Part shown: in pieces, positions 26,933 through 40,300 of the stretch
How positions within the stretch are numbered: the first letter of the stretch is position 1
How the letters are laid out: every line of letters starts with the position of its first letter
DNA from: Octopus bimaculoides
Taxonomy: Eukaryota
Length of the DNA stretch: 64,000 nucleotides
Direction: 5' to 3'
Assembly: GCF_001194135.2 (NCBI RefSeq)
Contig: NC_068981.1
Location: 192,713,999 to 192,777,998 of the forward strand
The notes under the pieces: generated by a model
Databases searched by the model: none
What the model saw: the letters and a program-made list of their open reading frames with translations, nothing else
What the model was told of the DNA's origin: nothing
Program-made: the position numbers and the translations under genes

Positions 26933-27558
26933 TTTATTGATCTGCCAGATCAGACTGCAACCTGGGTGCAGCTTCCTGGCTTTCCAGACCCCAGTCAAAC
27001 TGTCCAACCCATACCAGTATGGAAAACGGACGTTCAACGATGATGATGATGATGACTGAGTGAGAGAACAGTGCATGCCATCAAAGTGACACTGGGGTAA
27101 AATATACAAAGCTTGGTATACCCTCCATGACTACCCATCTTATAAGAGTATACTAGGCACATGCATCGCAACCATATGTGCACGACATGGTGCTCTCATA
27201 TCAAGATAAATGGTGCATGACCTTGCACGTGGGGGTCCAGTTAGAATTTTCTTCATGCTGAGTAGCCCATCCCGTTCAAAAGTTCTCTGAATAAGGGTTG
27301 TCTAAGGATGTTGAACGAAACAGCCAATGTTTCCAAAGGTGAATTAATCAAACCCCAACGAATTCCTCTCAACACATAACTATGATGCTCCCCCACTACT
27401 TCTGCTCATGATCAGAGACGCACACATTGTCAGCCACTTAGAAAAATGCTCAACTGGTTAAGGTCAAACAACTGACTAGCAAATCTGTGGTATTGAGCAG
27501 AATATTTGCTGTAGCCCATCTTTTATACCAAGACATCATCATCATCATCATCATCATC

Positions 27559-27618
<60 letters not shown>

Positions 27619-27940
27619 TTCTGCTAAAGGTACAATGCCTGAAATTTGCGGGGAGGGGACTAGTCAATTACATTGATGATAGTGTTTCACTAGTGCTTAA
27701 TTTATCGACCTCAAAAGGATGAAAGACAAAATTGACCTTGGTGGAATTTGAACTCAGAACGTAGCAATGGGCAAAATACCACTAAGCATTTTGTCAGCCT
27801 GCTGCCATATTATTATCAATTATCATCATCATCGTCGTTTAACCTCCACTTTCCATGCTGGCATGGGTTGGATGGTTTGACGGATGAAATACCACTAAGC
27901 ATCTCGTCCAGCGTGCTAATGATTCTGCCAGCTCACTGCC

Positions 27941-27989
<49 letters not shown>

Positions 27990-28220
27990 GAAACGTTATG
28001 CTTTGTTAGTTTTATGTGAGTTTCTGCTGCACCACCTGTTGCACATTTGTGTTCCTCAGGTGTGTGTGGCATTGTGTTGTTTTTGTGGGAATTCATGGGA
28101 AGTATAGAACTGCTGCAGCTGTTTGTTTTGTTATGGAGTTTAAGTCTCTTGTTATATTCATGTTTGGTCTGTTGTGTATGGTGTGTGTAATGTGAGCTCA
28201 GTTATTTTATTGGGCCCTAA

Positions 28221-28441
28221 CCCTTTTGATATCAACCCGGCTGAAACCGACTCTAGCTCTGAGTACAAATTTCTTATTTCCATAAGTTTTGAACTAAAAT
28301 CTTCCACCAAACCTTAGTCACAATTTATGTTCCTAACACTAGCTCAATGATAGCCAAGTTATTTTACTAAATTCTTTGTTATATTTAAAATTAATTGAAA
28401 GAGACACGAATCATCTCAAAAGAAATATAGTAACAAAAGGG
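28221..28441. mobile_element. piggyBac-type MITE, copy 1
   Basis: CTAA|CCCTTTT...AAAAGGG|TTAA termini. Confidence 0.8.
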
Positions 28442-28461
28442 TTAACAAATGATTAATTTAA

Positions 28462-28681
28462 CCCTTTTGATACCAACCTGGCTAAAACCACCTCTGGCTC
28501 TGAGTACAAATGTCTTATTTCCATAAGTTTTGAATTAAAATCTTCCACCAAACCTTTGTCACAATTTATGTTCCTAACACTAGCTTAATGATAACTAAGT
28601 TATTTTATTAAATTCTTTGTTATATTTAAAGAAATTGAAAGAAACACAGAGCATCTCAAAATAAATACAGTAATGAAAGGG
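28462..28681. mobile_element. piggyBac-type MITE, copy 2
   Basis: TTAA|CCCTTTT...GAAAGGG|TTAA; similar to copy 1 along its whole length. Confidence 0.85.
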
Positions 28682-30336
28682 TTAATCTTGTATAATATAT
28701 GTTGTGTAAATTGTGTTATTAGGTGATTTTTGTATGAAGTGTGTGTTGTTTTGGATGAATGTTCTGTTAGTGCTATTCTATTGAATTGATTGTGCCTTGT
28801 GCAAGATAGGGGTTACTCCTTGCGGGGCTATTTTCTGGGTGGCATGTAGTTTTGTGAAGCCTGTTATGGTTTTTATGTTTCTTTTCATATTCTTTTTAAA
28901 AAATCATGCTTAAAGCTCAGTGGTACCATTTTCACCTTCATGCCCCACATCTTGAAAATTTCAATTTCAAGGTCCTTATATTTTGATAGTTTCTCCATCT
29001 CCTTTTGTGCAATATTTTCATAAGAAAGGGTTGCAATGTCTGTCAGTGTCCACATGTTTGCCTTCTAGTCTTTTATCATTATATCTGGATGGTTTGCCTT
29101 GATCTCTTTATCAGTTTAGAAGGACATTTCCCAGATTATTGTGGCCAGGTCTTTGTCATGTACCGTGTTTGGTACTTGTTTGTACCACTTCTTATTTGCT
29201 TTTATATTGAAGTATTGACATATTGCCCTGTGAATGTAGCTGCCAACATGGATCATGTCAATGTATATATTCAGATTTGGCAAGGGCTGTGTAACCAGAG
29301 ATGATGTCAACTGTCTCATTATGTTGGTAGCACATCCTGCATTTGGTGTTAGGATTCCGCTTTCATGATTTTAAGGGAATCCAGCTGTAGAAACATTGCC
29401 AGATCGGATTGGAGCCTGGTGCAGCCTACTGGCTCGCTAGCCCTCAGTCAAACCATCCAACCCATGCTAGCATGGAAAGCGGACGTTAAACGATGATGAT
29501 GATGATGATTGTTTGTGGCCAGACATTGGTCTTGTGCAGAAAGTATTGGCACCTTCATTTCTGCTTTTAGGCTGGAGTCTTTAAGCCATTGTTGACCTTC
29601 ACTTTAGCTTACTTCTTTATCAAGTCTTAACAGGGTATTGGCCATGGAGTAGTTTTTCTCTCCGTTTTTTTCTTGATTACATTTTGTAATTTTGTTTACG
29701 TGTTGTTTTTTGTCGCTATCCCCATTTCTTTAGCTTTATCAACTAAATTCATTGTTTCAATGCAGTCTGTTTTTGTTTCTGCAGCAAATTCGAAACAACA
29801 GTATTTCACAAGTAAAACTTAAGTGGTAAGTAGCTTGCTTACCAACCACATGGTTTTGGGTTCAGTCCCACTGTGTGACATCTTGGGTAAGTGTCTTCTA
29901 CTATAGCCTCGGGCTGACCAAATCCTTGTGAATAGATTTTGTAGACAGAAACTGAAAGAAGCCCATCATACATATATGTGTAGATGTGTGCATGTCTTTG
30001 TGTCTGTGTTTGTTCCCACAATCTAGCAGTTCAGCAAAAGAGACCAATAGAATAAGTACCAAGCTTTTAACCAGTAAGTCTTGGGTCGATTTGTTTGACT
30101 AAAACCCTTCAAAGCAGTGCTCCAGCATGGCCACAATCAAATGACTGAAGCAAGTAAAAGATGAAAGACATGTTTGGAGCCGAAAACACTTCAGAAGTTT
30201 GTATAACTAAATGTTGTACAAGTGGAGTTTCTATAACACTTGTCAGACAAGTGTTTCACAAGTGTATGAAACTTGAGGCCCTTGAGTATCTGCTGAAATT
30301 GTCTTGGATTTATATATATATATCTATATATATATA

Positions 30337-31151
30337 NNNNNNNNNNNNNNNNNNNNNNNNNNNNNNNNNNNNNNNNNNNNNNNNNNNNNNNNNNNNNNNN
30401 NNNNNNNNNNNNNNNNNNNNNNNNNNNNNNNNNNNNNNNNNNNNNNNNNNNNNNNNNNNNNNNNNNNNNNNNNNNNNNNNNNNNNNNNNNNNNNNNNNNN
30501 NNNNNNNNNNNNNNNNNNNNNNNNNNNNNNNNNNNNNNNNNNNNNNNNNNNNNNNNNNNNNNNNNNNNNNNNNNNNNNNNNNNNNNNNNNNNNNNNNNNN
30601 NNNNNNNNNNNNNNNNNNNNNNNNNNNNNNNNNNNNNNNNNNNNNNNNNNNNNNNNNNNNNNNNNNNNNNNNNNNNNNNNNNNNNNNNNNNNNNNNNNNN
30701 NNNNNNNNNNNNNNNNNNNNNNNNNNNNNNNNNNNNNNNNNNNNNNNNNNNNNNNNNNNNNNNNNNNNNNNNNNNNNNNNNNNNNNNNNNNNNNNNNNNN
30801 NNNNNNNNNNNNNNNNNNNNNNNNNNNNNNNNNNNNNNNNNNNNNNNNNNNNNNNNNNNNNNNNNNNNNNNNNNNNNNNNNNNNNNNNNNNNNNNNNNNN
30901 NNNNNNNNNNNNNNNNNNNNNNNNNNNNNNNNNNNNNNNNNNNNNNNNNNNNNNNNNNNNNNNNNNNNNNNNNNNNNNNNNNNNNNNNNNNNNNNNNNNN
31001 NNNNNNNNNNNNNNNNNNNNNNNNNNNNNNNNNNNNNNNNNNNNNNNNNNNNNNNNNNNNNNNNNNNNNNNNNNNNNNNNNNNNNNNNNNNNNNNNNNNN
31101 NNNNNNNNNNNNNNNNNNNNNNNNNNNNNNNNNNNNNNNNNNNNNNNNNNN
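30337..31151. other. Assembly gap (N run). Other gaps: 13607-13813, 15392-15420, 24944-24996, 36914-36923, 37698-37722, 48738-49334, 56839-56848, 63098-63139
   Basis: N characters; most gaps abut (TA)n or poly-C tracts. Confidence 1.
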
Positions 31152-31469
31152 CCAATCCAGGGGCACCGGCAACGATCCCGCTCGAAAGAGTTCATGTGTC
31201 GCCCACACGGACGGAAAACAAGACAGGAAAACGAAACGGTGAATAAACAAACAAGCAAAAAGGCTGTACAGCCAGACGCGAAGTGTGTATGTCTCGAACG
31301 CTGTGAAGCACGTACAGGAGGGGCAAAGAAGTACGTGCGAGCTTGGTGATTCCAAGAACGAAAAGAAATAGCAGCCGGAAACACGTGACCAAGGCTGTGT
31401 GAAGAGAAAGAGTAGCAGAGGGGAAAGAAGGGGAGGAAGTAGAATAAAAGTGAGCAACGAGAGACACAC

Positions 31470-31735
31470 ACTGTGAATAAACTCATCTAAATTACTCAAA
31501 AATGAAAATAACATTGACATCTCATTTTAATAGATGTATTTACCAAAATTACATTAAAATATCTTGAAATACTAAAAATTAAATTTATTCAATTAAATCA
31601 CCATTGGTTTCAACCATGGCCTCCAGACGACTTTGGAATCTCCTGCAACTCTTCTGGACGGTCTCCTTATTTAAGTTGGTGAATGCTGCCATAATCCTTG
31701 CCTTCAGTTCATCTTTGGTAGTGTTACAAGTGAGA
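31470..31735 (-). mobile_element. Tc1/mariner-superfamily transposase C-terminal remnant (probably DD37D/maT) with its right end
   Basis: Minus strand reads TKDELKARIMAAFTNLNKETVQKSCRRFQSRLEAMVETNGDLIE* (stop 31585-31587); subfamily inferred from the C-terminal pattern. Confidence 0.75.
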
Positions 31736-33538
31736 CCACTGCTCTGGCAGTGATCCCGCTCGGATGGTGCTGTTAGCGCTCCACTGGCACGGGTGACATA
31801 TATAAATATATATATATATATATATGTATATTAAAACATTTTTTTTACTTTTGCCTTCCCTGGGTTGGAAAGGTCAACACATTGTGAGTCAGTTGTTATC
31901 TAGAGCGAGTGTTTTCCTTGATGGGTTGAAGGATCAAATCTTGCTTGGAGTTTGCTTTCTATAGCTGGATGCCTATCCTATTACTAAATACACTTTAGAA
32001 TGCATTTCATGTCATTTATTGAAGCACCAGCACTAGTGGGCTTGCTCTGTATCTCATAGGATTAAAGAGTTACCCCAATGTGCTTTGTGTGTAGGTGTTT
32101 GTGTATTATATATTCTTTTATTTGTTTCAGTCATTTAACTGTGGCCATGCTGGAACATCACCTTTAGTTGAACAAATCAACCCCCAGGACTCATTCTTTG
32201 TAAGCCTAGTACTTTATTCTATTGGTTTCTTTTGCTGAACCGCTAAGTTACAGGGACATAAACACACCAAAATTGGTTGTCAAGCGATGGTGGCGGTGGG
32301 ACAAACACAGACACACAAACATATATATGTATATATATGATGGGCTTCTTTCAGTTTCCGTCTACCAAATCCACTCACAAAGCTTTGGTCGGCCTGAAGC
32401 TATAGTAGAAGACACTTGCCCAAGGTGCCACGGAGTGGGACTGAACCCAGAACCATGTGGTTTGGAAGCAAGCTACTTACCACACAGCCATGCCTGTGCT
32501 TATATATATATAATCATTGCTTTAATATCTACTACTCCATGCCTACGTAGGTCAGCTGGAATTTATTGAGACCAATTTTTTTCAGACAGGTGTCTCCCTT
32601 GTTGCCAACCCTCATCCATTTCCATGCAAAATAATATTTTCCCATGTTTTATAGAAAACTTGGAAATGAATTGCATTTCCTGTTTGGCAGTGTGACCCTT
32701 GCTTATGATCCTTACACGGTGTCAAGATAGGGACATACCCACACTTTTCATATAATAAACACACACACACACAGCCCCTCAAGGTTATCATCAAGGGTTT
32801 GATGTGATTACAAAAATAACTTGTAAGCTGGTATTTGGAAAGACAATTAAACTCTATTTGTGACCATGTTGCTGTTGAAATATACTGCTTGTATTTAAAT
32901 TAATTCTGAAAATAACCCAAGAATTTGAAAGGATTTAGTAAAATAACTCTTGTCAGCTGGTGTTTTGGACAGAATTTAATAAAAGACTCTCTCTCTCTCT
33001 CTCTCACACACACACTGGAATGTTTTAATTTATTCCTTTTGTGACCATTTTAATTTAAATATGTACACTTTATAATAAAACATACAGGAAATAATACTGG
33101 GGTTGGCATATCTGGTTAAATATGTATGTGGCAAGTAGTGCCCCAGCATGGTCATACTGAAACCAGGAAAAGAAGATCATTAATCCTTAGCCACATCTGT
33201 TACACATCACTCTCTGTTTGCAGACATTACATTTCTTTCAGTCTCTCTCATAATCTTAACACTGACCCCTTCACAAATAACTATTCTTATTTTGCTGTTA
33301 TTTTATAAAAATCCTAAACTAGTAGTAGTAGCAATGACCTAGATTAGAAATTATTTAATTAAGTTTTCTTAAAATTGATATGCATTTTATATGTTGCGTT
33401 GTATCAGATTTAACTGGCCAACATGCTTCGAACAAGTTTTCATGTGAAATAAGTTTCTACTATGGTTTAATCAGAGTTTACTTGGAGCTTCAAGTTTGTT
33501 CTGTGTGTTAGAGTTAGACAGTTTCACACACATGCGTG

Positions 33539-33580
<42 letters not shown>

Positions 33581-34149
33581 ATGGTTACTCTTTACTCTCT
33601 TTTACTCTCTTATTTGTTTCAGTCATTTGACTGGCCATGCTGGAGCACCGCTTTTAGTTGAGCAAATCGACCCCGGGATTTATTCTTTGTAAGCCTAGTA
33701 CTTATTCTATCGGTCACTTTTGCTGAATTGCTAAGTGACAGGGACATAAACACACCAGCTTCAGTTGTCAAGCAATGCTAGGGGGGTCAAACACACATAC
33801 ACACACACACACACACACACATATATACATATATACGATGGGCTTCTTTCAGTTTCCGTCTACCAAATCCACTCACAAGGCTTTGTTCGGCCCGAGGCTA
33901 TAGTAGAAGACACTTGCTCAAGATGCCACGCAGTAGGACAAGACTTGGAACCATGTGGTTGGTAAGCAAGCTGCTTACCACACAGCCACTCCTGGGAATG
34001 ATTTAATAAAATCACTTTGCCATTACTAAGCTGGTGTTTGGTAAATAAGAGACAGGCATGGGTTTGAGACTGAGAAGATCACTTCTCAACCAGGAGAGAT
34101 GGAAACTGCTTGAAGCCTATCATATATGTATGCACACAGGCGAGAGGGG

Positions 34150-34600
34150 AGCTGAGTTTAATTCTTGAGAATCAACTGGTTGACTACAAATACTTGGATT
34201 TGTTTGTTAATTTCTCTTTGTTCTCAACTCTTGGCTGTCTTTCCTGCTTCTCTCCAGTTAGATCCCTGCTTTTTTCACTCTCTCTTCCATTTCTTTTGTA
34301 GGTACCATCCTTAGTTGTGCATTTGGCATATATCTCCCTGAGGAAAGGCCTTCTATTCCCAAGTAGTGTTGGTTTTGAATTGTCATCAATGTTTCTGTAA
34401 CCTTATTTTTTTCTAGATAGGGCTGTTGGCCCCTGTGCAAGCGCACACCTACCTCTGAGAAGAGGTGGTCTATATTAACCTGACTTCTTTCCTTTGACCT
34501 GTCCAACATGGAAGGCCCTACTAGGAACTTAGACTTCACTGGCCCATCTCTTGGGGCTATTGAGGTGCGCAAGACATTACACTGCAGCAAAGACTGGGCC
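34150..34600 (-). mobile_element. Possible RTE-clade LINE 5' region fragment
   Basis: Minus strand ccatgttggacaggtcaaagg...ggggccaacagccctatctagaaaaaa..gttacagaaac resembles RTE 5' regions; no domain visible. Confidence 0.4.
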
Positions 34601-34836
34601 TTGTAGTGGACAAATACTACGGAGGTGTCATATCAACTTAACCTCTATGTGATTGCGTGACCTGCTAGAAATAGCTGCCAAATCACCTTTAAATCATACA
34701 CTCTGATTGTCTAAAAAGAAGGAAACATTGGACTATATTTCTTCACATTCTCTTGAAAAAATAAAGACAAGGTTGTCATATATGCAATCAAATGTACCAC
34801 AGGGTGACAGCACTAAGCAGTGATGTGTAGAAATAG

Positions 34837-35034
34837 AAACTTGTTGCTGGTTCAAATATGCTTGAAGCATATTCGGACCTGTAAGAAAGCCATTTGCTGC
34901 ATTTTACTATATGTCTCTGTATATTCACACCCATTTGATTACATCAAGAAATTTTCACCATGACAAAAATGCGATGAATGGTTGTCTTAGGAATTTGAAT
35001 ATGCCTCGAGCATATTTGAACTGGTAACAAGTTT
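34837..35034. mobile_element. MITE-like element with about 40-bp imperfect TIRs
   Basis: aaacttgttgctggttcaaatatgcttgaagcatattc / gaatatgcctcgagcatatttgaactggtaacaagttt. Confidence 0.65.
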
Positions 35035-35153
35035 GCAATCAAATGTGTTTGAATGTTGACATTCTGTGGCTTCATTTAAGTGAGACACTGTTTGATGTTT
35101 ATATTCCTGGTTGAAATGAACACTTTTACTTAAAAAGTATTTAAGTATTTATA

Positions 35154-35563
35154 GGCGCAGGAGTGGCTGTGTGGTAAGTAGCTTGCTCACCAACCACATG
35201 GTTCCGGGTTCAGTCCCACCACGTGGCACCTTTGGTAAGTGTCTTCTACTATAGCCTCGGGCTGACCAAAGCCTTGTGAGTGGATTTGGTAGATGGAAAC
35301 TGAAAGAAGCCCATCATATATATGTAAATGTATACATATATGTGTGTGTGTTTGTGTGTCTGTGTTTGTCCCCACAACATCGTTTGACAACCGATGCTGG
35401 TGTGTTTATGTCCCCATAACTTAGCGGTTTGGCAAAACAGACCGATAAAATAAGTACTAGGCTAACAAAGAATAAGTCCTGGGGTTGATTTGCTTGACTA
35501 AAGGCGGTGCTCCAGCATGGCCGCAGTCAAATGACTGAAACAAGTAAAAGAGTAAAAGAGTAA
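35154..35563 (+). mobile_element. tRNA-headed SINE family B, near full-length reference copy. Other copies at about 7240-7590(-), 10970-11325(+), 25940-26285(-), 29820-30165(+), 32110-32500(-), 33590-33995(-), 38790-39090(+), 41375-41820(-), 44590-44945(-), 50560-50960(-), 52320-52890(-), 63735-63930(-)
   Basis: A-box-like GTGGCTGTGTGG, B-box-like GGGTTCAGTCCC, central (TA/TG)n hinge, tail gactgaaacaagtaaaagag(taaaagag). Probably one of the known octopus OK/OR1/OR2 tRNA-derived families; which one is not determined. Confidence 0.9.
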
Positions 35564-37285
35564 GGGTTGGTAATAGGAAGGACATCCTGCTTCAAACACC
35601 ATATTTGATGGCTTAAAAGATGCACATTTATATTAGATGCATTTCAATTTCAACAGTGCATATTCAGGAAAAAAAAGCTTTTGGTGCATTAAAGCCTGTC
35701 ATATTTAAAGCAGTTTGGCAGTAAATTAGAAAACAGGCAGGAAACATTAGCATATAATAATGTTTAGATAAATATAATTATTATGGAGTCAGATTAAGTA
35801 GAACAGGCTAAGCACCTGTGCTGGTGCCACATAAAAGGGCCCTTGCTGGTGTCACATAAAAAGCACCCGTGTTGGCACCATATAAAATGTATCCTGTACA
35901 CTCCGTAAAGTGGTTGGCATTAAGAAGGGTATCCAGCTGCAGAAACCATGCCAAAACAGATGACTGGAATCTGGTGCAGTCCTCTAGCCTGGCACCTCCT
36001 CTCAAACTATCCAATCCATACCAACGTGGAAAACCAATGTTAAAAAACAATGATGATGATATAGTAGCAACTTCTAGGGACATAATTAGTTTATGGGTAG
36101 GGATTCAACTTTGCATGTAGGATCTGGTGATTTTTTTTAGACATTTTTTTGGGGGGGAAAAGTGTTTTATATGCTATCAGATATGTTACTTCTATGTCCA
36201 ACCTATGCTAGCACTGAAAAATGGACATTAAAAATTACACAGGCTCTCATTTAAAGACGATGGAATCTAAACATTTTTCTGGTTATATCCCTAACAAAAT
36301 GCGTTGCTTTTATGAATGAGCACTTGAAAATGTGAGGTTTTTGTGCTGTCATAGATCAATAAAACAGCACACCTGCAGTAAACTAATTTTGACAGCTGGT
36401 ATTAGGAACATGATATAATAAAAGTCACATATAATATATAAACGAGACATTTTAATCAAACTGTGTTTGATATAAATTTCATTACCATCATTTTTACAAT
36501 TAGCTGGTTTGTATCATAGAACTAGATGTGGTGGTCACGCAAAGTTTGATATCAAAAGCATTAAGATATACTCGTCTCTAACTCCAGGGAAAAAAAGAAA
36601 AAAAAAAGAGATTGATATTTAAATGAAATACATATATGTTTATTTTTTAGGTCATCATCACTGCTTGTTTGTCTGGCTGTACTTTGAACTTGTTTCAACT
36701 AACCTCACCCAGTTACTGTCATTTACATTAGATTTCCTCTCAACACTTTGCACTCCTTCAGTTGTTTTTTTTTTTTTTTTAAAGCATATATTTCCCTGCT
36801 TTCTTCTGGCAATCATCATCTTCATCATCACGACTGCTGTTCCTTGTTGGTTGGATAAACTGGGTCTTTGTGAGGAAGCTGTTCTATGAACTGATACCTC
36901 TCCTGATGTTAACNNNNNNNNNNAAGCATGTGCAAGAAAATAAATAATAAGTAGATGTGTGTTTATTGACCCCTTGAATAGTCCGATCACCCCCCACCCC
37001 CTGAGGTGGGGGGGGGAGAACTCCTGTTTTACAACATGTGAGACAGTTATAATAATAATAATAATAATAATCCTTTTTTATAAAGGCACAAGGCCAGCAA
37101 GTTCAGGTGGAAGGGTTAAGTTGATTACATCAGCCCATAGTGCACAACTGGTATTTATTTTATTGATCCCAAAAGGATGAAAAGCAAAGTCAACTTTGGC
37201 CGAATTTGAACTCAGAATGTAAAGACAGATGAAATGCTGCTAAGCATTTTGCTTGGCATCCTAACAATTCTGTCAGCTCACTGCC

Positions 37286-37319
<34 letters not shown>

Positions 37320-40300
37320 TAACAATAATCATTTCTTTATTGTCCACAGGGGCTAATATAAACAAACATAAAAGGACATACAATAACATTAAAAGACAAA
37401 AAAACAGATGATACAATGGATTTTGACGTTTTTGTACACATTAAATAATGGTAAAGATTAAACAAGTAAAACTCCCAATAGGGGGAGGTGTTTTAAGGCT
37501 ACTCGTAGAAAACCCCACAAAAGCCACGGGTGCCTGACCAACAGGGTAAGGAGCCCTTCTTTTACCTCTCACAAACACATGCCCAAAATGAGTCCATTCA
37601 CACTGGCCATTTTTCATAATTAACCTTTCTGCTATAGGGTCCGGAGTCTGAAATTTTGGTGGAGGGGGTTCGTGGGTTACATCGACCCCCCCCCCCCNNN
37701 NNNNNNNNNNNNNNNNNNNNNNGTGCTTAATTGCTGCTCAGTTTATTGACCCCAAACTTGGCAGAATCTGAACTCAAAATATAAAACTGAAAGTAATGTC
37801 TCTAAACATTTTGTCCCGTGTGCTAAAGGTTGTGCCGGCTGGCCGTCCACAATTTTTTCTGCAAAATAGGGGTAGCTTATCCTGTTCAAGCTATATTATT
37901 AGCATTATCCTGCATCTGAGAATTTAAAATCACTTCTTTAACTTTCTAAGACATCTCAACGCTTCTAAAAGCAAACTTCGTTTGTTTGTTTACGTTTATC
38001 GTAATTTGAATTTAATAATAATAATAATAATAATAATAACAACAACAACAATAACAATTATTCTTGTTGAATTATCACAATATTTTTCACCATAAAACTC
38101 TGATAATTCCTGTAATTTCTGGAATGTTTGCATGAGATACAGCAATGAATTATATTTCTCAAAGTTACAATATGTTTCACCTGCCATTTATCTCACCTGG
38201 CCTACTGACCTGATCTACTACTACTACTACTACTACTACTATTACAGTTCTTTCTCTTTATCAGCCAGACATTACTGCTAGTCAAGCATATATTCCACTT
38301 TTTGACCAGATAGTGACTATTTCTTTACAGACAAATAAATGTAAATATTGGTCCTGGACAACAGTTTATTTAATCAGTGGGGTCTTTCAAGGTAGACGAC
38401 ATTCCTTCAGATAGTTACTCCCTGCTGGGAATTGTTCCCATCCTACCCCTGTTACTAGTCCCCCTCTATCCACCCCTGTGCATAGTTGATGCACCCTCTT
38501 CACTAAATAGCCAAATTGCTCTAAATCATTAACAATCACACACAAAATTGCCTTTGTTAATAGTCACCCCTACCACCTCTGCTCCCCAGTAAATATTCCA
38601 TCCCTTTCCATTTTGTCTTTCATCTTTTATTTGTTCCCATCTCACCCCTCCATCCCATCCTCCCGTGCAGTCGATGCACCCTCTTCAGTCACCCCTACTG
38701 CTCCCACTCCCCAGTAAATATTTCACCCTTTTCTGTTTTGTCTTTCATCTTTTATTTGTTACTTGCACGATGGTGACATTCATTAACAACAGGCTTAACT
38801 GTGTGGTAAGACATTTGCTTCCCAACCACATGGCTCCAAGTTCAATCCCACTGCATGACACCTTGGGCAAGTGTCTCCTACTATAGCCTCGAGCTAATCA
38901 TATTGTGAATGGATTTGGTAAATGGAAACTGAAAGGAGCCTGTTGTATATATACATATATGTGTTTGTTTCCCACCACCACTTGACAACCATTGTTGGTT
39001 AGTTTATGTCCCTGTAACTTAGTAGTTTGTCATAAAAGACTGCTAGAATAGGTACCTGGCTTAAAAGGAAAAGAGAGTATTGGGCTTGATTTGTTCAACC
39101 AGGTTTGGATGGTGCTTTTTACATACTACCAGCACAGGGGCCAGTCAAGGTGGGGAGACTGGCATCGATCACATTCGGATGGTGCTTTCTACATGCCACT
39201 GGCACAGGGAACCAGTCAGGTGGCTCTGGCATCAACCCACACTTGAATAGTGCTTATTACGTGCCACCAGCATGGGTGCCAATCAGGCGACACTGGCATT
39301 GGCCACAACTACAATTTCCATTTTGATTTCAATCTTGATTTGATTTTGGTCAAGAAAAAGACACACACACACACACACACACACACATGATAGGCTTCTT
39401 TTCAATTTCCTCCTACCAAATCCACTCACAAGGCTTTGGCTTTTTCAGGGCTATATTAGATGACATGTGCCCAAAGTGCCATACAGTAGCACTGAGCCCT
39501 AAGCCACATAGCCAGGAAGCAAGCTTGTTAATCACACAACCTTGCATGTACCTCCTCATGCATATTCATGATCCATGCTTTGGTGGTACATTTTTATATC
39601 ACAAAATTTAACAGAAATGATTTTTCTACACTTGTAACTTCTACTTATTGCCATTTATCAAGATTACTTTGTAGTTATTACAGTTCATTCTTGTTTCATG
39701 AAAATTAAAGGTCACTGAGATACAGCACTTTAAGTGAAAGAAACCATACTGCTCAGACATCTACAATACAATGTGTCCTGTGGACTTACGACTTTTTAGG
39801 AGATACGATTCAAATTGTTAACAATGACATTACTATATAATAATGACGAGCATGAATGTGAGGATGATAATAACAATAATAGTCTATACTATAATAAAGA
39901 AAACTGCTTATTAATTAGTTTGGTGTATGTAACTTTTACTAAAAGAAAGCAATTTTTAAAGTTTACACTGTTTAAAATTTATTATAAATTGTATTTTGAT
40001 ATATATATTTTTTTTTATCAAAGTGAGGTTTTTAGGATTCTTACATTATTGAAGATATCAAGTATATGAATCGATCACAAAACTAATTTTATTTATTGCA
40101 ACATAATGTCTCTCTTACTCTCCACTGCCACTATTTAATTGTTTGGTTTTGCGATACCTTGAAAATATTTGTGAAAACTTTTGCAAATTTACTTAGAATG
40201 TTTTCATTTCAAGCATTGCCCTCCAGGCAGTGTTTCTTCTAGTAAATGTCATGGCAATACCAGGCACTGGCTCTCATGGCTTCTAATCTTGACTGATTGG

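Larger units (their letters stand above)
27990..29375 (-). mobile_element. Decayed 3' end of an R4/Dong-like non-LTR retrotransposon (CCHC knuckle, restriction-like endonuclease, 3' UTR, TAA tail)
   Basis: Minus strand reads KCRMCYQHNETVDIISG..EYIH*HD, then VGSYIHRAICQ..KWYK..IIWEM..TDKEIKANHPDI..EKLSKYKDLEIEI..MW, with stops and frameshifts; ends at an (AAT)n tract. Confidence 0.8.

Noticed and set aside
30161-31520. Long ORFs of 281-431 aa (likewise 13474-13938, 48719-49534, 62892-63267)
   Set aside because: Artefacts of translating through N gaps.
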